Assembly (NCBI RefSeq): GCF_006345805.1 | Contig: NC_043001.1 | Coordinates: 56,792,001-56,856,000 of the forward strand | DNA length: 64,000 nt | DNA from: Octopus sinensis | Taxonomy: Eukaryota | Reading direction: 5' to 3' | In this document: positions 13,778-27,340 of the stretch, piece by piece | How positions within the stretch are numbered: position 1 is the first letter of the stretch | Layout: every line of letters begins with the position of its first letter | Notes under the pieces: model-generated | Databases searched by the model: none | The model's input: only the letters and a program-made list of their open reading frames with translations | Told to the model about the DNA's origin: nothing | Translations under genes and position numbers: made by a program

Positions 13778-13995
13778 CCTTTCTACTATAGGCACAAGGC
13801 CTGAAATATTTTGGGTGGGGATGGGGGCAGCCGGTTAGATCAACCCTAGTACGCAACTGGTACTTAATTTATTGACCCCGAAAGGATGAAAGGATAAGTC
13901 GACCTCGGCGGAATTTGAACTCAGAACGTAGCGTCAGACGAAATACCGCTTAGCATTTCGTCTGGCGTTCTAACGATTCTGCTAGTTCACCACCT
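13778..13995 (-). mobile_element. SINE family C with 17-bp target-site duplication
   Basis: Flanked by tatgcaccgtacattat (13761-13777) and tatgcaccatacattat (13996-14012). Confidence 0.9.
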
Positions 13996-15582
13996 TATGC
14001 ACCATACATTATACGTAACTAAATTTAAACCAACAGTGGAAATCTGTAAGTGGTCAGTCAACCACTTAGAAACAGCAACCAATTCTTCTTCAAATGGCTT
14101 CCTACATTTTAAAGACAGAAGAATTCATTAAATAATGAATTTTAGATATACGAAACGACTTTAATTATAAATTAGTTCGATCTTGGCAAGCTGAGGTTAA
14201 ACAGCAACAATGAGAACATGATAGAACTACACACAATTAAATTATAGACATTATTTTAATCGTCGTCATATACTCACAGATATGAGAATGATGTGATAAA
14301 TTGTCTTTAAATTACTACCAACATATTTTCTTATGTATATAGACAAAGATACGCCGGTGTAAATATTTGTTGTTATATATATGTGCTATTTTGAGCATCC
14401 GAACAATAATATGTTTTCTATCGTACATCTCTCATACGTTTTAATATCTTAAAATTGAAAAGAAGACGGGGAGCGAGACAATAAGTCTGATTTAATTGCA
14501 ATTCACTTAATTTTCATTTGGTTTATTAAACTGAAAGTAATTAATTAAATAAATGTTTGAAAACCATTATTTTCTTGTTTAGATAAACAAGGTAATTAAC
14601 CCAGTGAAATAATTAGAAATGGCTGGTTTATTATCAGCTCTGTATGCAGCTAGGCTCACTCTTCTGAATGGTAGAACTGTCATTGAACACAGTTACAGAA
14701 AAAAAGATATAAAATATAAATAAAACGAAAAAAGAAAGAAAAAAGAAAATTGGTGAGGTCAATGAAAACACACACAATATGAAACTAAACAAGAGTCTTA
14801 ATGATAAAACTCTCCGGATTTAATAAACTATTGAAATATTGAATAGTTTGCAACAAATGTCTTGCAGGCAGATAGCATAAGTCCTTTAAAATATTTTAGA
14901 GAGAATTCTATTCTATTCACCAGAAATCCTCTTGAATAACAATTGAGTGATTGTGCACTGGTTGTAAAAAATAAAAGAAAAATAGAAGTAAAAATGATTT
15001 TTAAAAATAACCGTAAAGAAATATATATGTATAAAAAATATGTGTCTGCGAAACTTTCTACTTTTAGTACTTGAAGCTAGTTCCATTTGTCGACGTCAGT
15101 AATGGTGAAGAGCTATTTCCAGCTTCACTTCAACACTACTTGTCTAGCCCTTTCTTCTGAAGTGTAAAGCCAATAAGTGGTAGAAATTGACTTCTTTTGA
15201 AGGTTTTCAATAAGTTTTATTCATTTATTTGCTGATGTTTTCAGGGAGATGATTTTTTTGGTGTTTTCTTTGATTTCATTACATTTTTATATAGTTTGGT
15301 GATAATTTTAATCAATTTATAATCAAAGACAGTATTGAATATATATTGTTTTACTGTACATAGCCTCGGGTTAGCTACATCACAATCGAAAATATTTTCA
15401 GAACTAAAAATATGTGCAATATCAAGAACAGATATATTTTAAGCAAAGATTAAATGGTTACTATCCGTAACAGAACATTTCGCTTAACTTATCAACGTGA
15501 TTATAACTAAGTATATCTGTTCTTGTGTCTGCACACTCATGTCTTTATGTGTGTGGATCTTTGCCCACCTGTGTTGTGTCGT

Positions 15583-15672
<90 letters not shown>
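15583..15672. repeat. (TAC)n microsatellite
   Basis: Directly visible; on the minus strand it starts exactly at the putative GT donor of the adjacent exon. Confidence 0.95.
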
Positions 15673-15861
15673 CTGATATTCGTATCACTAATGGCTAGCG
15701 TATCTACATTTAGAGACTTCAGTTTTATCAACCAAGTAACCTTGCTTGTAAACTCAATCCAGATGGCGCACATTTACACAACACTATTTGGATTTCATTA
15801 CGTAAAAAAGCTACTCCCAGGCAAAGCAATTTCTCAACCCTTCACAAATATTAATAAAATT
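15673..15861 (-). pseudogene. CFAP54-like exon, disrupted
   Basis: Acceptor ctattttatag, donor cag|gtagta. Reads EFY*YL*RVEKLLCLGVAFLRNE, then after a frameshift CAIWIEFTSKVTWLIKLKSL (cf. recalled VLLLYAYN..GSLWIPLNRVIAIHEKLSNL). Confidence 0.45.
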
Positions 15862-16562
15862 CTATAAAATAGGCATATAACAAGGTGGGAAAAAAAGCCC
15901 GGTAAATTTAAGCAAAAATCACCAGGACACAAAGTTAACTCACATGCTTCTTCCGGAGTAAATACAACAGCAATAACGAGAATAATAACAAGGACAATTT
16001 TCATCGAAGGTCTTTACTGGCGGAAGCACATCCTTAACATAACCAGAACTGCAACAAAACATGACTATTCTGTATTATGAGCAGGAAAGAGAACATTTGC
16101 TTCTGGTAACTTATTTAATACTTCTAGTAGACTATTGGTATGGATAGCAATCAGAGTATCTTCTTTGCGTGTTTTCTTAATATATATAATCTATCATCAC
16201 CCCATCGTAAATTAGCGTCTATACAATTTTGCTTGTATATCGCATGTCCTTCGTGGAATCCATTAGATTTTATTTGGATGTTCCCACCTCTACATAAGGT
16301 ACTGAGCTCCTTGATGTTGATTTTTCATACGTGCATTTAACTTAAGCCAATTCGACTGTTTTGGACTCTTTTTCTACTATCATCGGCAACTCCCCACCCC
16401 TGTTCTAGAGATATTCCAGAACAGGGAATATTTCATCCACTTGTTTTGTACATCGCAGACAAGTGGACGTGATTTGAAGTGAGGTTTTCTAGCAGATCAA
16501 GCGATGGCATAAGAGTCTCTTTCTTGTTTTAAATTTTTCATGGTTTTGCAATCTAGTATTAG

Positions 16563-16860
<298 letters not shown>

Positions 16861-16949
16861 GAATGAGGCCATGTATGGACAATTGATAAGGTACCCAACA
16901 CACATTTTCAGCTTCACACCTGTTATTATTTGAGCAACAAGACACATAC

Positions 16950-17101
16950 CAACATGTCTGGAGCGAGGTATGGCTGGAATTGAAATCTTGGAGAGATTAC
17001 GATATCTGTTACTATAAAAACTTGAAAGACATTCTAAAGATTTAAAAGATGATGAACAAAACAAGTTGTTTTCTTTCACAGCCTTGTTACCAAGCCGGTG
17101 G
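16950..17101 (-). pseudogene. CFAP54-like exon (intact frame)
   Basis: Acceptor aaattttcactag, donor g|gtatgt; 152 bp open: HRLGNKAVKENNLFCSSSFKSLECLSSFYSNRYRNLSKISIPAIPRSRHV. Confidence 0.55.
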
Positions 17102-17256
17102 CTAGTGAAAATTTACTTGAAATGAAAGGGTGAAAGAAGAACATACATATATACACACATGCATGCATATGTACGTATGTATGTATGCGATATGTGCAAC
17201 TGAGGCAATATCAAATTATAATAGCCATATATATATTATTCTTAACATACACTCAC

Positions 17257-17456
17257 TATTGATATGCCAGTTACTGCGGTATTTTTCCTGGAATAATATT
17301 TCTTATGAATAAGATGTGTTAAAAGCACAATCAATATTAGACAGAGACGAAAATCCGTCCCACCAGCTCTTCGCAGCATCAGTGAATGTTGTATTGAATT
17401 TTTGCTATATCATCCATAACAGATGTTACCCCAGCACAAATGTCACAGTAACTAGC
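17257..17456 (-). pseudogene. CFAP54-like exon, heavily disrupted
   Basis: Acceptor ctctatag, strong donor gtgagt. Its 200-bp length bridges the phase 0 and phase 2 of the neighbouring exons, but the frame has five stops. Confidence 0.35.
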
Positions 17457-17549
17457 CTATAGAGCAGTGTGTATACATTAAGTCTGTTCCCTGGATGGCT
17501 ATTATAATTTTATACTGTCTCAACTGAGTAGACCAAATCTGTAACTAAC

Positions 17550-17754
17550 CGTTTTGCTATTCCCAACGTCAATGATTATTTCATTCACCTTTTCCTATGT
17601 TGGAGACGGTAAATTCTCCCTGATCATGTGATTCGTTGTGAGAAGGTGCCGTTGGAAAAGTCCAAAGAGAATGAAATGTATCTGGCCTTTTTGCTGGAAG
17701 ATGCTGGAGCGAATTTTCCTCCCCCTGTGATATTCTATTTTTAAAACATCACAT
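17550..17754 (-). pseudogene. CFAP54-like exon with a single in-frame TAG
   Basis: Acceptor ccttttatag, donor gttagt. Reads CDVLKIEYHRGRKIRSSIFQQKGQIHFILFGLFQRHLLTTNHMIRENLPSPT*EKVNEIIIDVGNSKT (cf. recalled EILFQKGKIERQIL). TAG at 17595-17597. Confidence 0.55.
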
Positions 17755-18099
17755 CTATAAAAGGCATTATCCCAAAATAAAAACCACAGAAAAAAGGTTA
17801 TTCACAGTGCGCATATATTGGTTTCAAATATTGTCACAATGCCAGTAAGTTCGGGGAAGGGGGCTAGGCTAGTCGATTACATCGATCCCGTGCTAAACTG
17901 GTACTTATTTAATCGAGCCCGAAAGAATAAAAGGCAAAGTCAACACTGGCAGCATTTGAACATTGAACATAAAGTCGAAAAAAATGCGGCTAAACATTTT
18001 GTCAGGCGTAGTAATGGTTTAGCCAGCTCATCGCCTTACCCGGTGTATATATTAAGTATGATAATGATACATGGATGTCTCAGTCTTAACCTCTTTATT

Positions 18100-18133
<34 letters not shown>

Positions 18134-18280
18134 ATTTTGGAACCAATATATGCGCACTGTGAATAGGCTATTTGCTGTGTTTTTTATTCTGGGATAATGT
18201 CTTTTATAGATGTGATGTTTTAAAAATAGAATATGAAAGGGGGAGAAAAATTCGCTCCAGCATCGTTCAGCAAAAAGCCA
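17683..18280. repeat. Inverted duplication with about 145-bp arms (17683-17828 and 18136-18280)
   Basis: gatgctggagcgaattttcctccccc..tattcacagtgcgcatatattggtttcaaa is the near reverse complement of tttggaaccaatatatgcgcactgtgaata..gggggagaaaaattcgctccagcatc. Confidence 0.92.
17818..18038 (-). mobile_element. SINE family C, diverged
   Basis: ctggtacttatttaatcgagcccgaaagaataaaaggcaaagtcaac..gccagctcatcgcctta. Confidence 0.8.
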
Positions 18281-18334
18281 TATATATATATATATATATA
18301 TATACAGCGAGAGAGAGAGAGAGAAGGAGAGAGA

Positions 18335-18392
<58 letters not shown>

Positions 18393-18656
18393 CTGTGACC
18401 TCTAGACGCGCATCTGCTTATTCCAGTATTCCAAATCGGTATGTAGGTGTTATATATGTGGGTGGCCTGCATAAGAGTTGAAAATACAGATAAATATTTA
18501 CTGCAGGGTATTTACGTATCAAAACAAGAGATTGGTAAAATTTTTCATGTTATTTATTTAGTATTACACATGTTTCACCTGCTAGGCTCCTTGTAGTTCA
18601 TCATTTTCCAATCAGCTTCTAGCTTACCGGTTAGTATACCCCTGCATTTAATATTC

Positions 18657-18820
18657 ATTTCAAATTTCGGCACAAGGCCAGCAATTTGGGGAGAGGGCAT
18701 AAGACGATTACATCAAATGGTACTTATTTTATCGACCCCAAAAGGGTGAAAGGTAAAGTCCACCTCGGTGGCATTTAAAATCAAAACGTAAAGTTGGACC
18801 AAATATCGCTAAGCATTTTA
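18657..18820 (-). mobile_element. SINE family C, partial
   Basis: ggcacaaggccagcaattt..ggtacttattttatcgaccccaaaagggtgaaaggtaaagtccacctcgg. Confidence 0.8.
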
Positions 18821-19091
18821 CACTTAATGTACTTACTAGTCACGATATACAGAGCTTATGTAGGGGAAAATTAAGATGAACAGAAATATAAATTATTACT
18901 TCCTATGTACATAGGAGCTAATAATTTATGATTTATGGATGTGTTAATCTTGTATATATATATATATTATATATATATATATATATATATTATAATATAC
19001 ACACACATAAACACTCGCTAGACTAATACTAACTAGTATTATATGTTTTCAAGTGTTAACGTCTGTATGTACATAACGCATGCGTGTGTTT

Positions 19092-19127
<36 letters not shown>

Positions 19128-19194
19128 GTATGTATGTATGTACTTAATGTATGCCGACAATGTTAATATATGCCGATAATGTTGCATAAAATAC

Positions 19195-19416
19195 CTTGTC
19201 TGATATTCTCTCTTTGCACTTTGTTACAAAAACGTTCCTTTGTCATCAAAGAACTAGTGAGAAAACTGTAGCCACGACGTCATTCATCACAAATCTTAAT
19301 ATAAAACAGCAGAAATTTAGCGGTCCCAATATTCAATCACAGATTTTAAGTGAGCCCATTATACAAATGATTGTGTGTCCGAGATCCATTTGTAACTGCT
19401 AGCTTACATCAATTAA
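19195..19416 (-). pseudogene. CFAP54-like exon, disrupted
   Basis: Acceptor tactgcag, donor aag|gtattt. Reads QLQMDLGHTII (cf. recalled KIKMRIGHTVA) and, in a shifted frame, TSWLQFSH*FFD (cf. SKWLPALHLFD). Several stops. Confidence 0.5.
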
Positions 19417-20359
19417 CTGCAGTACGTATGAAGATTTTAAAGTCATATAAGAGAGAAAATTTATTGCATTATAATATTATAGTATTTCAATCATCATTTA
19501 TTGCACATTATGTTGATGTCAAGTGTTGAAGATATTTAATTAAATCTGATACAACAGACCAGCGCAGTTCATTTTGCACTAAAAAGGTGGGGAAAGGAAT
19601 TTTGCTGATAATAACTTCTACCTTTCTATCTCCTAAATATACACAATGTTTTAATGAGCTCTTAAGTATAAACACTTGGTATTGTGTCTAGTGAATGTGA
19701 AAAACTCTTATTAATTAGACCATAATTTATTTTTTACCATTTTCAGTTACCAACAAGCCTGATACTGCTACCATATACATTACATATGACGGTTTAGGCT
19801 TCTTGCACACCGTCCGACTCACTTCTTCCACCATACATACGCCCTCGCCTTTTCTTCATAAATTGAATTTTATTATTTTCCATTAGCCAATAGGAAAATA
19901 ATTAGCTAGTTCGGAAGAATTAAATTTTAAAAATCATGGGTAGGAAATGTCCTTCAAAGATTTTCATAAATAGGAATTAGCTGAGTTGGGAAGAAGAGGG
20001 GTGTAATAAATTTGGTATTTTGTTGTATTTTTCATTCTTTTCTCTTCCGAATGCTTCCTTTAGTTTTATATTATTTTTAGTGTTTGTTCTTTTTCTTTAC
20101 TTGTTTATAGCTTTTATTTGTTACACGTGACACAAGATACCTAATTTAAATTTAAAACTTCGTTGATTATTCATTTTTCCTTTATATTTATCATTTTTAC
20201 CTCCTCCTCCTGCATCTTCTTCAAATTTCAACTTTCAAATCTCTTCTCATAGTAATTAAGATTGCTTCCTCCTACAAAACAAACAAGAATAAATAAATAA
20301 ATAAACAATATCTCAAAAACCCAACTGAGACCAATTATTGTATCTAATAATAAAAATGA

Positions 20360-20361
20360 TG

Positions 20362-20418
<57 letters not shown>

Positions 20419-20735
20419 GCAACAATGATAATAGTATCATTATTATTATTATTAATAATAATAATTTATCTTAGGTACGAGACCACCATTCATTCGGGTG
20501 GGTGAGTAGATTCAATTAGACTGATCCTCAGTACTTAACTATAGTTATTTCAATAATAATAATAAGAAGAGTAATAATAATAATAATAATACGAAGAAGA
20601 AGAAGAAGAAGAAGAAGAAGAAGAAGAAGAAGAAGAAGAAGAAGAAGAAGAAGAAGAAGAAGAAGAAGAAGAAGAAGAAGAAGAAGAAGAAGAAGAAGAA
20701 GAAGAAGAAGAAGAAGAAGAAGAAGAAGAAGAATA
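20360..20735. repeat. (AAT)n and (AAG)n microsatellites
   Basis: Directly visible. Confidence 0.95.
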
Positions 20736-21020
20736 GGAGGAGGTGAGGAAAAGAAGCCTATTTAAAATATAATGATGATTATTATCATTAAGGTAATCAT
20801 AATGGCAATCATGGTTGTAGAAATTTAATTCAAGAGGAATGAGTCATAAATGCAGACAATTTTCTCGGAATTTGTATTCTGTTTTTCGGTTATGTGTGTA
20901 TCAGCATCAACAAGACGACAGGAGACGAGAAGTGTTTTAAGTTACGTTTGCTATATGGTGTGAAGTATCTAACATTTCGGGACTTTCGACTTCATCTGAG
21001 AGAGAGAGAGAGAGAGAGAA

Positions 21021-21064
<44 letters not shown>

Positions 21065-22139
21065 AGGTTTAGACCTGCCAGTTTTGTTATTAGGGTTGTG
21101 GACAAGTAAATAATGAAGGAATTCAAAATGATGTGCAATGATGGTATAATATACAGGTTAGACAGAAAGGGTCAGAGAAAGAGTTAGAGAGAGGGAGAGA
21201 AAAAGAGAGAGAGGGTGGTTGGGTAGGGAGGGAGAAGCAAGGAAAGTGAATAGAGAAGAATGAAAGATGAAGAAAGCAAAACTGAAGCAGATAAGTTCAA
21301 AGAGCTAATGCTTCAAGTCAAGTAATCTAGTACTCAATCAAAAGTGGAATTGAAATAAATAGATGAAAGATAAAAATCGTTGGTAGAGGAAGCGGTAAAC
21401 AAAGAGCAATCGGATCCAAAAATTATTTTATACCATGGATTTATTTCTAAGTTAAGCCAGGATGAATTTCTTAGCTGGGAGGTAAAAGAATGCTACTGGT
21501 AACCATATCGTCATGTAGTATTTAGATGACTAAAAGCCCACCCTGACTAGAGACACTTCCAATGTAGGTGATGATTGGAAGCCATATATACTAAAGTATA
21601 TACTAAAGACTTCCTTATGGACCCAGGAGACAAAATGAAAAAAAAGGCGTTGCCCGGAGGCTGGCGAGTGAGATGCACTCCACTGACTCACAGGGCTTGC
21701 ACTTGTGGACAGCCATATCTGCCCCGACAGCGAGGAGTAGGGATATGGTAGGGGGCCGGGAACGCCGGAGTTCCCCCCAGCTGCAGGCTCAATCATAAAC
21801 CTGTCAGAGAACGATTGATACTTTGATAAGATATAAAGGTATTTTGGTATGAAGACGCATAAGAATATTGTGACTCCATCCACCGAGAGAGCCTTTAATT
21901 CCTAAGTTAACCATCAAATAATCCTGAAATTGAACACCATCATCTTTAAAAGAAGGAATGACACACAGTTGATGTGTTTCCTATTATACAGACTCATAGT
22001 ATGGTCATATCCAGAATGATTTTAATCCTTTATAAGCTCCATTGGGACGGATCTGATGTTAAATATTTCTAGTTTCAACCTCGTTATAGCTAAACATGTT
22101 TGCATCTTTCACACTTCCATTTCGGATAGACTTGGAATG

Positions 22140-22400
22140 TTTTGCTTTATGTATTTGTTTCTCGTGTGTTTCTCCGTTTTGTTAATTCTTGCAGATGAAA
22201 CCCTGGCAATTTCTCCGGCACAAACCCATCTAAACCAATTCAGGTGTTAGAGACCCAAATTATAATTGTCTTCCAATTTTCTATCATGGCGGAGCTAACA
22301 TTTATTTTTTTCGTTTTCCTTGCTGAATCTAATGAAAGTCTAGTATTTATGGTCTGTGCATGTCCACCGAAACCAGTGAGATTGATACCATAAATGTTCC
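22140..22400 (-). mobile_element. LINE ORF2 5-prime fragment (start of APE endonuclease)
   Basis: RLSLDSARKTKKINVSSAMIENWKTIIIWVSNT*IGLDGFVPEKLPGFHLQELTKRR resembles the APE N-terminus (LSLN.R..K....DII.VSETW....LPGY). Confidence 0.5.
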
Positions 22401-23099
22401 GCTTAATCTGCTGCGGACTGACACCTGCAAGAAAAACATGAGATGGGGGAGACATCAAAGGAATGATTATTCTTGAGGGGAAGGACTAGGCCTAGTGATC
22501 AGAGGTAACTTGAGCCTTAAGATGAGATAGCCAGTAGCCTACTCTGAAGAACAGAGACTATCGTAGCCCGAAGACGGCAACAGTGTGAGTGTATGCAGAA
22601 GCAGCGTCATCCCAGATGTAGGGACAGTACTAGGTTTGGACTTTATATAACATTAGTAGCGTCAGAAATTGCCTTAAATAGTTTACTTTTATCCACTTAT
22701 CTGATGAAAAAGCTCAGCCTCCTAAAAATGGTAATAAAAGTCCCTCAAACGAAAACAGACAATCGATTTCAATTTTCTGTTTTATTTTATGTTTCCTATT
22801 CTGCTTCTTAGCTTTTGATACCTTAACATTTTCTTTGCTCTTGATGTTCTTAAGCATTTCAGTATTAGATTTGAGTGTATTAATTTTATTTCTAATCCTC
22901 TCTTGCTATGCAGGTATCCTGTTTATATGTTGGGTTTTTTTTTTCCCTGAATAACATCACACAATGTAGTGGTTATTCAAGCTGCAGCATAAAATGGATT
23001 ACTCAGTAAGGCTAGATCTACTTCATTTTTATTCAAGTCTGATTGTATGACTGTATTTACTTTTCCTATTATTCTGTTATTTTATTTTGAGATGTATCA

Positions 23100-23247
23100 T
23101 ATTCATCATTATTATCACCACCACCACTACCGCCGCAAAGCGACCACCGCCGCCACCGCCACCACCGTCGCCACCGTCGCCACCGCTGCCATCGCGACGA
23201 CCACTGCCACCACTATCATCTCATCATCGTCGTCATCATCATCATCA

Positions 23248-23278
<31 letters not shown>

Positions 23279-23320
23279 TATCATCATCATTATCATCATC
23301 ATCATCATCATCGTCATTAC
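23100..23320. repeat. (CAC/CGC/CAT/CGT)n trinucleotide repeats
   Basis: Directly visible. Confidence 0.95.
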
Positions 23321-23553
23321 TAAGCATTACGTGTCACATCTTTTCAGGTCACTCCTTGAAGTAAAAGAGTTTTACTTCATGAAAAAGAATCTTACTGAAC
23401 TTGCATGGATACACATAACTTAAAACTATTTACTGTATATCCATACGGGAAGAAAGAGTTTTCTGAGACAAATTATATATCTCCTTCACGTTGTCCATAC
23501 GCACACACACACACACACACACGCACGCACGCACACACGCACGCGCGCACACG

Positions 23554-23585
<32 letters not shown>

Positions 23586-24399
23586 CACACACACACACGC
23601 AAAACAAAAAAGACTGCGAATATTTCCAGCCACGCCTTCCCAAAAGAACAAAGAACAAAATAATACAGTTCACAAACAGAAAAAAAAATGTAATTTAATT
23701 GTACAGCAAGATATTAACGCTGAATATGAAGTAAAAGTAAACACCCCAAAATGCAGCTTTCAATATCGCGAGTAGAAATGTCAGCAACAACAACGATGGC
23801 ATATACAAACACACTTTATAAAACGGAAACTCTGCCAATTCGTATGACAACATCATCTCTGTTAAACAACACACAATATTTGAATACGAATATTTTTCTC
23901 AGAGGAAGATGAAAAGTGAATATGACAGTTTTACAGAACACCGTCTGTCTGCTGACTATATACTGGAACGAACAAAGAAGTAAATATTATGTGATATGTT
24001 GGCATCTGATGGGGTCAGAATGAATTTAGACAATCTAATGATCTCCACAAATCACGTCAGAGCTGTTCTCTGTTGTAGGTACACGAACAAGGGGCATGTT
24101 ATACTTGGTGCAAGTTCCAGTTATATTTGTGGAAGCAAAAGTCAATTGAAGGCTTAGTTGAGTCGAGTGTGAATTGTGGGAGTTATGTGAGTGCTTGAAG
24201 CCGTAGTGTCGTATATTCGATACGTATAATCGATACATAATTTTATCGTAAGTACTGGCCTTGTACCAAAATTTGAAGCCATTATTTTATGGTTACTGCA
24301 GAGTATGTATTGTTAGAGTGCTATAGATTGTGTAGCGCAGAATGTGTAAACTGTCTGGAACGCTAGGCGCCATGGTATGTTTTCTAAAATGTCAACACT

Positions 24400-27340
24400 T
24401 TGTTTTTAATCATATATAGTTAGTTACACATATTTCACGTTTATTCTAAGTCAAAGATACGTATTAGTATTTTAGTTCTTTCTAAACATCCTTTCTAGCA
24501 AATTTTCGTTCGAAAGGATTGCAAATTTTATCGATGTACATACAGTTTTCACTCAACCCTTGGAATTGACACTGGTCTGTTCTACTCGTTATTTTACAGA
24601 GACATTTTCTAGATAATAGAACCGAATTGTTTTCATGTACCATGCTTATAGCACTTTAATCTGTTTCTGAGTCCAGTTATTAGAATATTACCTAGTAGAT
24701 ATAAATACTGGCAGTTATTGTCTGTAAATATTCTTACAAATGACAAGAACTAGGCAGCTGGAATGGTCAATTGTCTTATTACCCTAGTAGCACAATCGAT
24801 ACTTGCTGTTATTACCTTTGTCATTATTACATTTTTGTAGATCTGTATGACTAAGCATTGGACTTGTGCTTTTAATAGATCAAATTATTCGCTTCTAATT
24901 TTAGTCAATGTTTTTTTTTATGATGGTTAACTTCCAACTGCTTTACTTCCTCTTTTTAGCTATGAAGATTCTGGCCATGGATATTTTTTACATCCATTTT
25001 TTTTCTGCCTAATTTGGAATACTGTTTAGATGTCGTTCTTTTTCTGCATCGTTTTTGTAATTAAGTCTTTATTTAAATATTTTCTTCGGGGCAATTAGCT
25101 TCCAGTTTATACTTGATTGTTTCCTTTTAAACATTTAAAGATTTTTGTTTCATTTTTCCATCTATATATTTCCATTTAATCAATTTCCATCTGTTCACTT
25201 CTGAATATTTTTCTAGTTGTTTTTGTACTGTATCAGATATCACCCACCTGGTGTGCAATATAGGCAACTTTATTGATATCAGTTTAGTGGGTAGTGCTTG
25301 CAGGACATCATCAATAGTTTTCTAGTTCTTCAGTATCATCTTTGCGTTTATTAAAATTTCTATTTCTTATGCTGAATTAGAAATTTATTATTGGAATTGC
25401 AGTGCATTTTTACTTACCACCTGATTTCTATCACTGATATTAGGTTTTAGTACTTGTAATCTGTAGTATTCTTTCCTAATTTTCTGCATATTATGTTGTA
25501 GTTTTATTAATTTTATGGATTCCTTAAGAAATTGTATTCGTGATTCCGTCCTAGCCTGTAACATATTTAACATATTTAACATATCTAACGGTTTTGATTA
25601 ATTCAGCCTTGGCTGAATTTCTTACGAATTTTATCTAAATTTGCCAAATAGGTAATTTACGACGTAATATTCTCAATCATCCATGCAGAGATTATTTATA
25701 ATCAATCCCTAGACTCTGTGCCTAATTCCTTTTTCATTCAACACATTTTTTAACGGAGTCAAACCTAGACAAAAATTAAAAAAGAAAAAGAATAAAAACA
25801 ACAATAAAATAAAATAAAACGAATAAATTAAGATAATAACTTTCATGAAACATTGCTCTTCTTACGGGTAAAGAGCTGGTTTGTAATAATTTGTCTTTGT
25901 TTTGCGGTGGTTTTGTTATTTTCGAATTAACATGGTATGACTGATGTTATGTTTTGGTTTTGAAATCGGTTTATTTAGTGTGCCTCCTATATATCTGTGT
26001 ATAGAATGGCACCATATTTATTTTGGGAGTATATTCAGGCCATCGTAGAGTTTATTTTCCTCTTTTTACTGTATTCTATAATGTCTTGTGTAAAAGTAGT
26101 CTTTTTTTATATATATAATCTTGTATAAGGTAAGTTATTTCTTGTAGCTTTGTACTTTGTTGAGTTTCCATCCGGGTATCAATAGTCTTTATCATCGTCC
26201 GACTCTTTCGTGTAGGATCTCTAATATTTTCTTCATAATTGATATTTGATTTGTGGCTATGTTGCCATTAATTTTTTGTAAGTTATATTTTGTGTAGCAG
26301 AATGTTTACAACTTTCCTTGCATAATATGTGTATAAGTTATTCTCTTTCCATTTCACGATCTTGTGTTATATTTCATTTTGAAACCCATTCCTTCTCCAC
26401 TGCATCACATGCAATATTTTTCATCAAAACTTCATTCATTTCCCCCATAGCTCAAATGAACCTTTTATAATGTTTATATGTGTTGGTTGTAGTTTTTTTG
26501 TGAGGGGCTGCAACTCTTCAACATGGTGTCCTTTGTTTTTATGTTTGACCTTGACCTTACAATATTGGTTCTGGATCTTTTATTTTTAAGGCGTTTTTAA
26601 AAATTAGTACTGGGGGAATAAGATGGCCTTCCCCTCCGTGAAGCAAGTTTTGTCTAAGGTTCCGTCAATACCGCATCAAATTTCTCTGCTAACAACTCAT
26701 GTGACCCTATTAGTTACCTTAATCAGAAATTTTGAAAGTTAATCATGTCCTGGTGCCTCCCAGTTGTTTTCTTACAATATCTGGGTTATTTCTGCTACAG
26801 TGGCCTTCCACACTTGCTCAGATTCCGTGTTAGTTGTTTTGAACAAACTTGTTCTTGGCAATTCCTTCATTTCCTAAATTCTTCTCTTGCTGTTGGTAGT
26901 GCATTTATTTTTATCTTATTTTATAACTCATTCTTGATAACATCGCTTTGGGTTTGACTGTTTATTTTGTTCACAGAATAGATTTTTTTATATCACTGTA
27001 TTTTCGCGATTTCAGGCTTCTTTGATTTTGGATACACTTTTTGTTATGCTATTTTTCTGTAGTTGTTGTTACTGTTAACTTTTTTCCGTTGTGTTGTTTC
27101 GTTATTGATTTCATTAAGGTTTGAGAGATCTATTCTCTTATTTTCTACTGTACATTTGTTTTTCATTTTGTTTGATTGGATTTTGATATTCCTACTTGGA
27201 AAAAAATCTGATATTGATGTTTGTGTCTGTTTTAATTAAATCTGTGATAGTCAGGTTTGTTTTTATTATTGTTGCTATTTTATCGTTTAGTGTTTTCCTC
27301 GGTGGATATTTTCTTTGGTCCATATGACAATTTTCAAGTA
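24400..27340 (-). mobile_element. Highly decayed, internally deleted L1/Tx1-like LINE
   Basis: Strong A-skew on the minus strand. Ordered traces: zinc-knuckle-like KGHHVEE (about 26520), APE start INGNI..LQE (26270-26140), GAILY, TESRIQF..ISDRNQV (SRID/SDH-like, ORF 25388-25582), then post-RT KAQVQCL (about 24870). Confidence 0.45.

Noticed and set aside
18565-18600. Additional hammerhead motifs here, near 20975-21000 and near 10-55
   Set aside because: Only a GAAA(C) half or a damaged CUGANGA remains; too decayed to call.
22240-22424. Segment as another CFAP54-like exon (good acceptor tttttcttgcag)
   Set aside because: The translation fits a LINE APE endonuclease start better, and there is no clear donor.
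24035-24240. Further CFAP54-like exons here and at 44100-44290 and 63880-64000
   Set aside because: Positions are compatible, but the similarity is too weak and splice signals are unclear.
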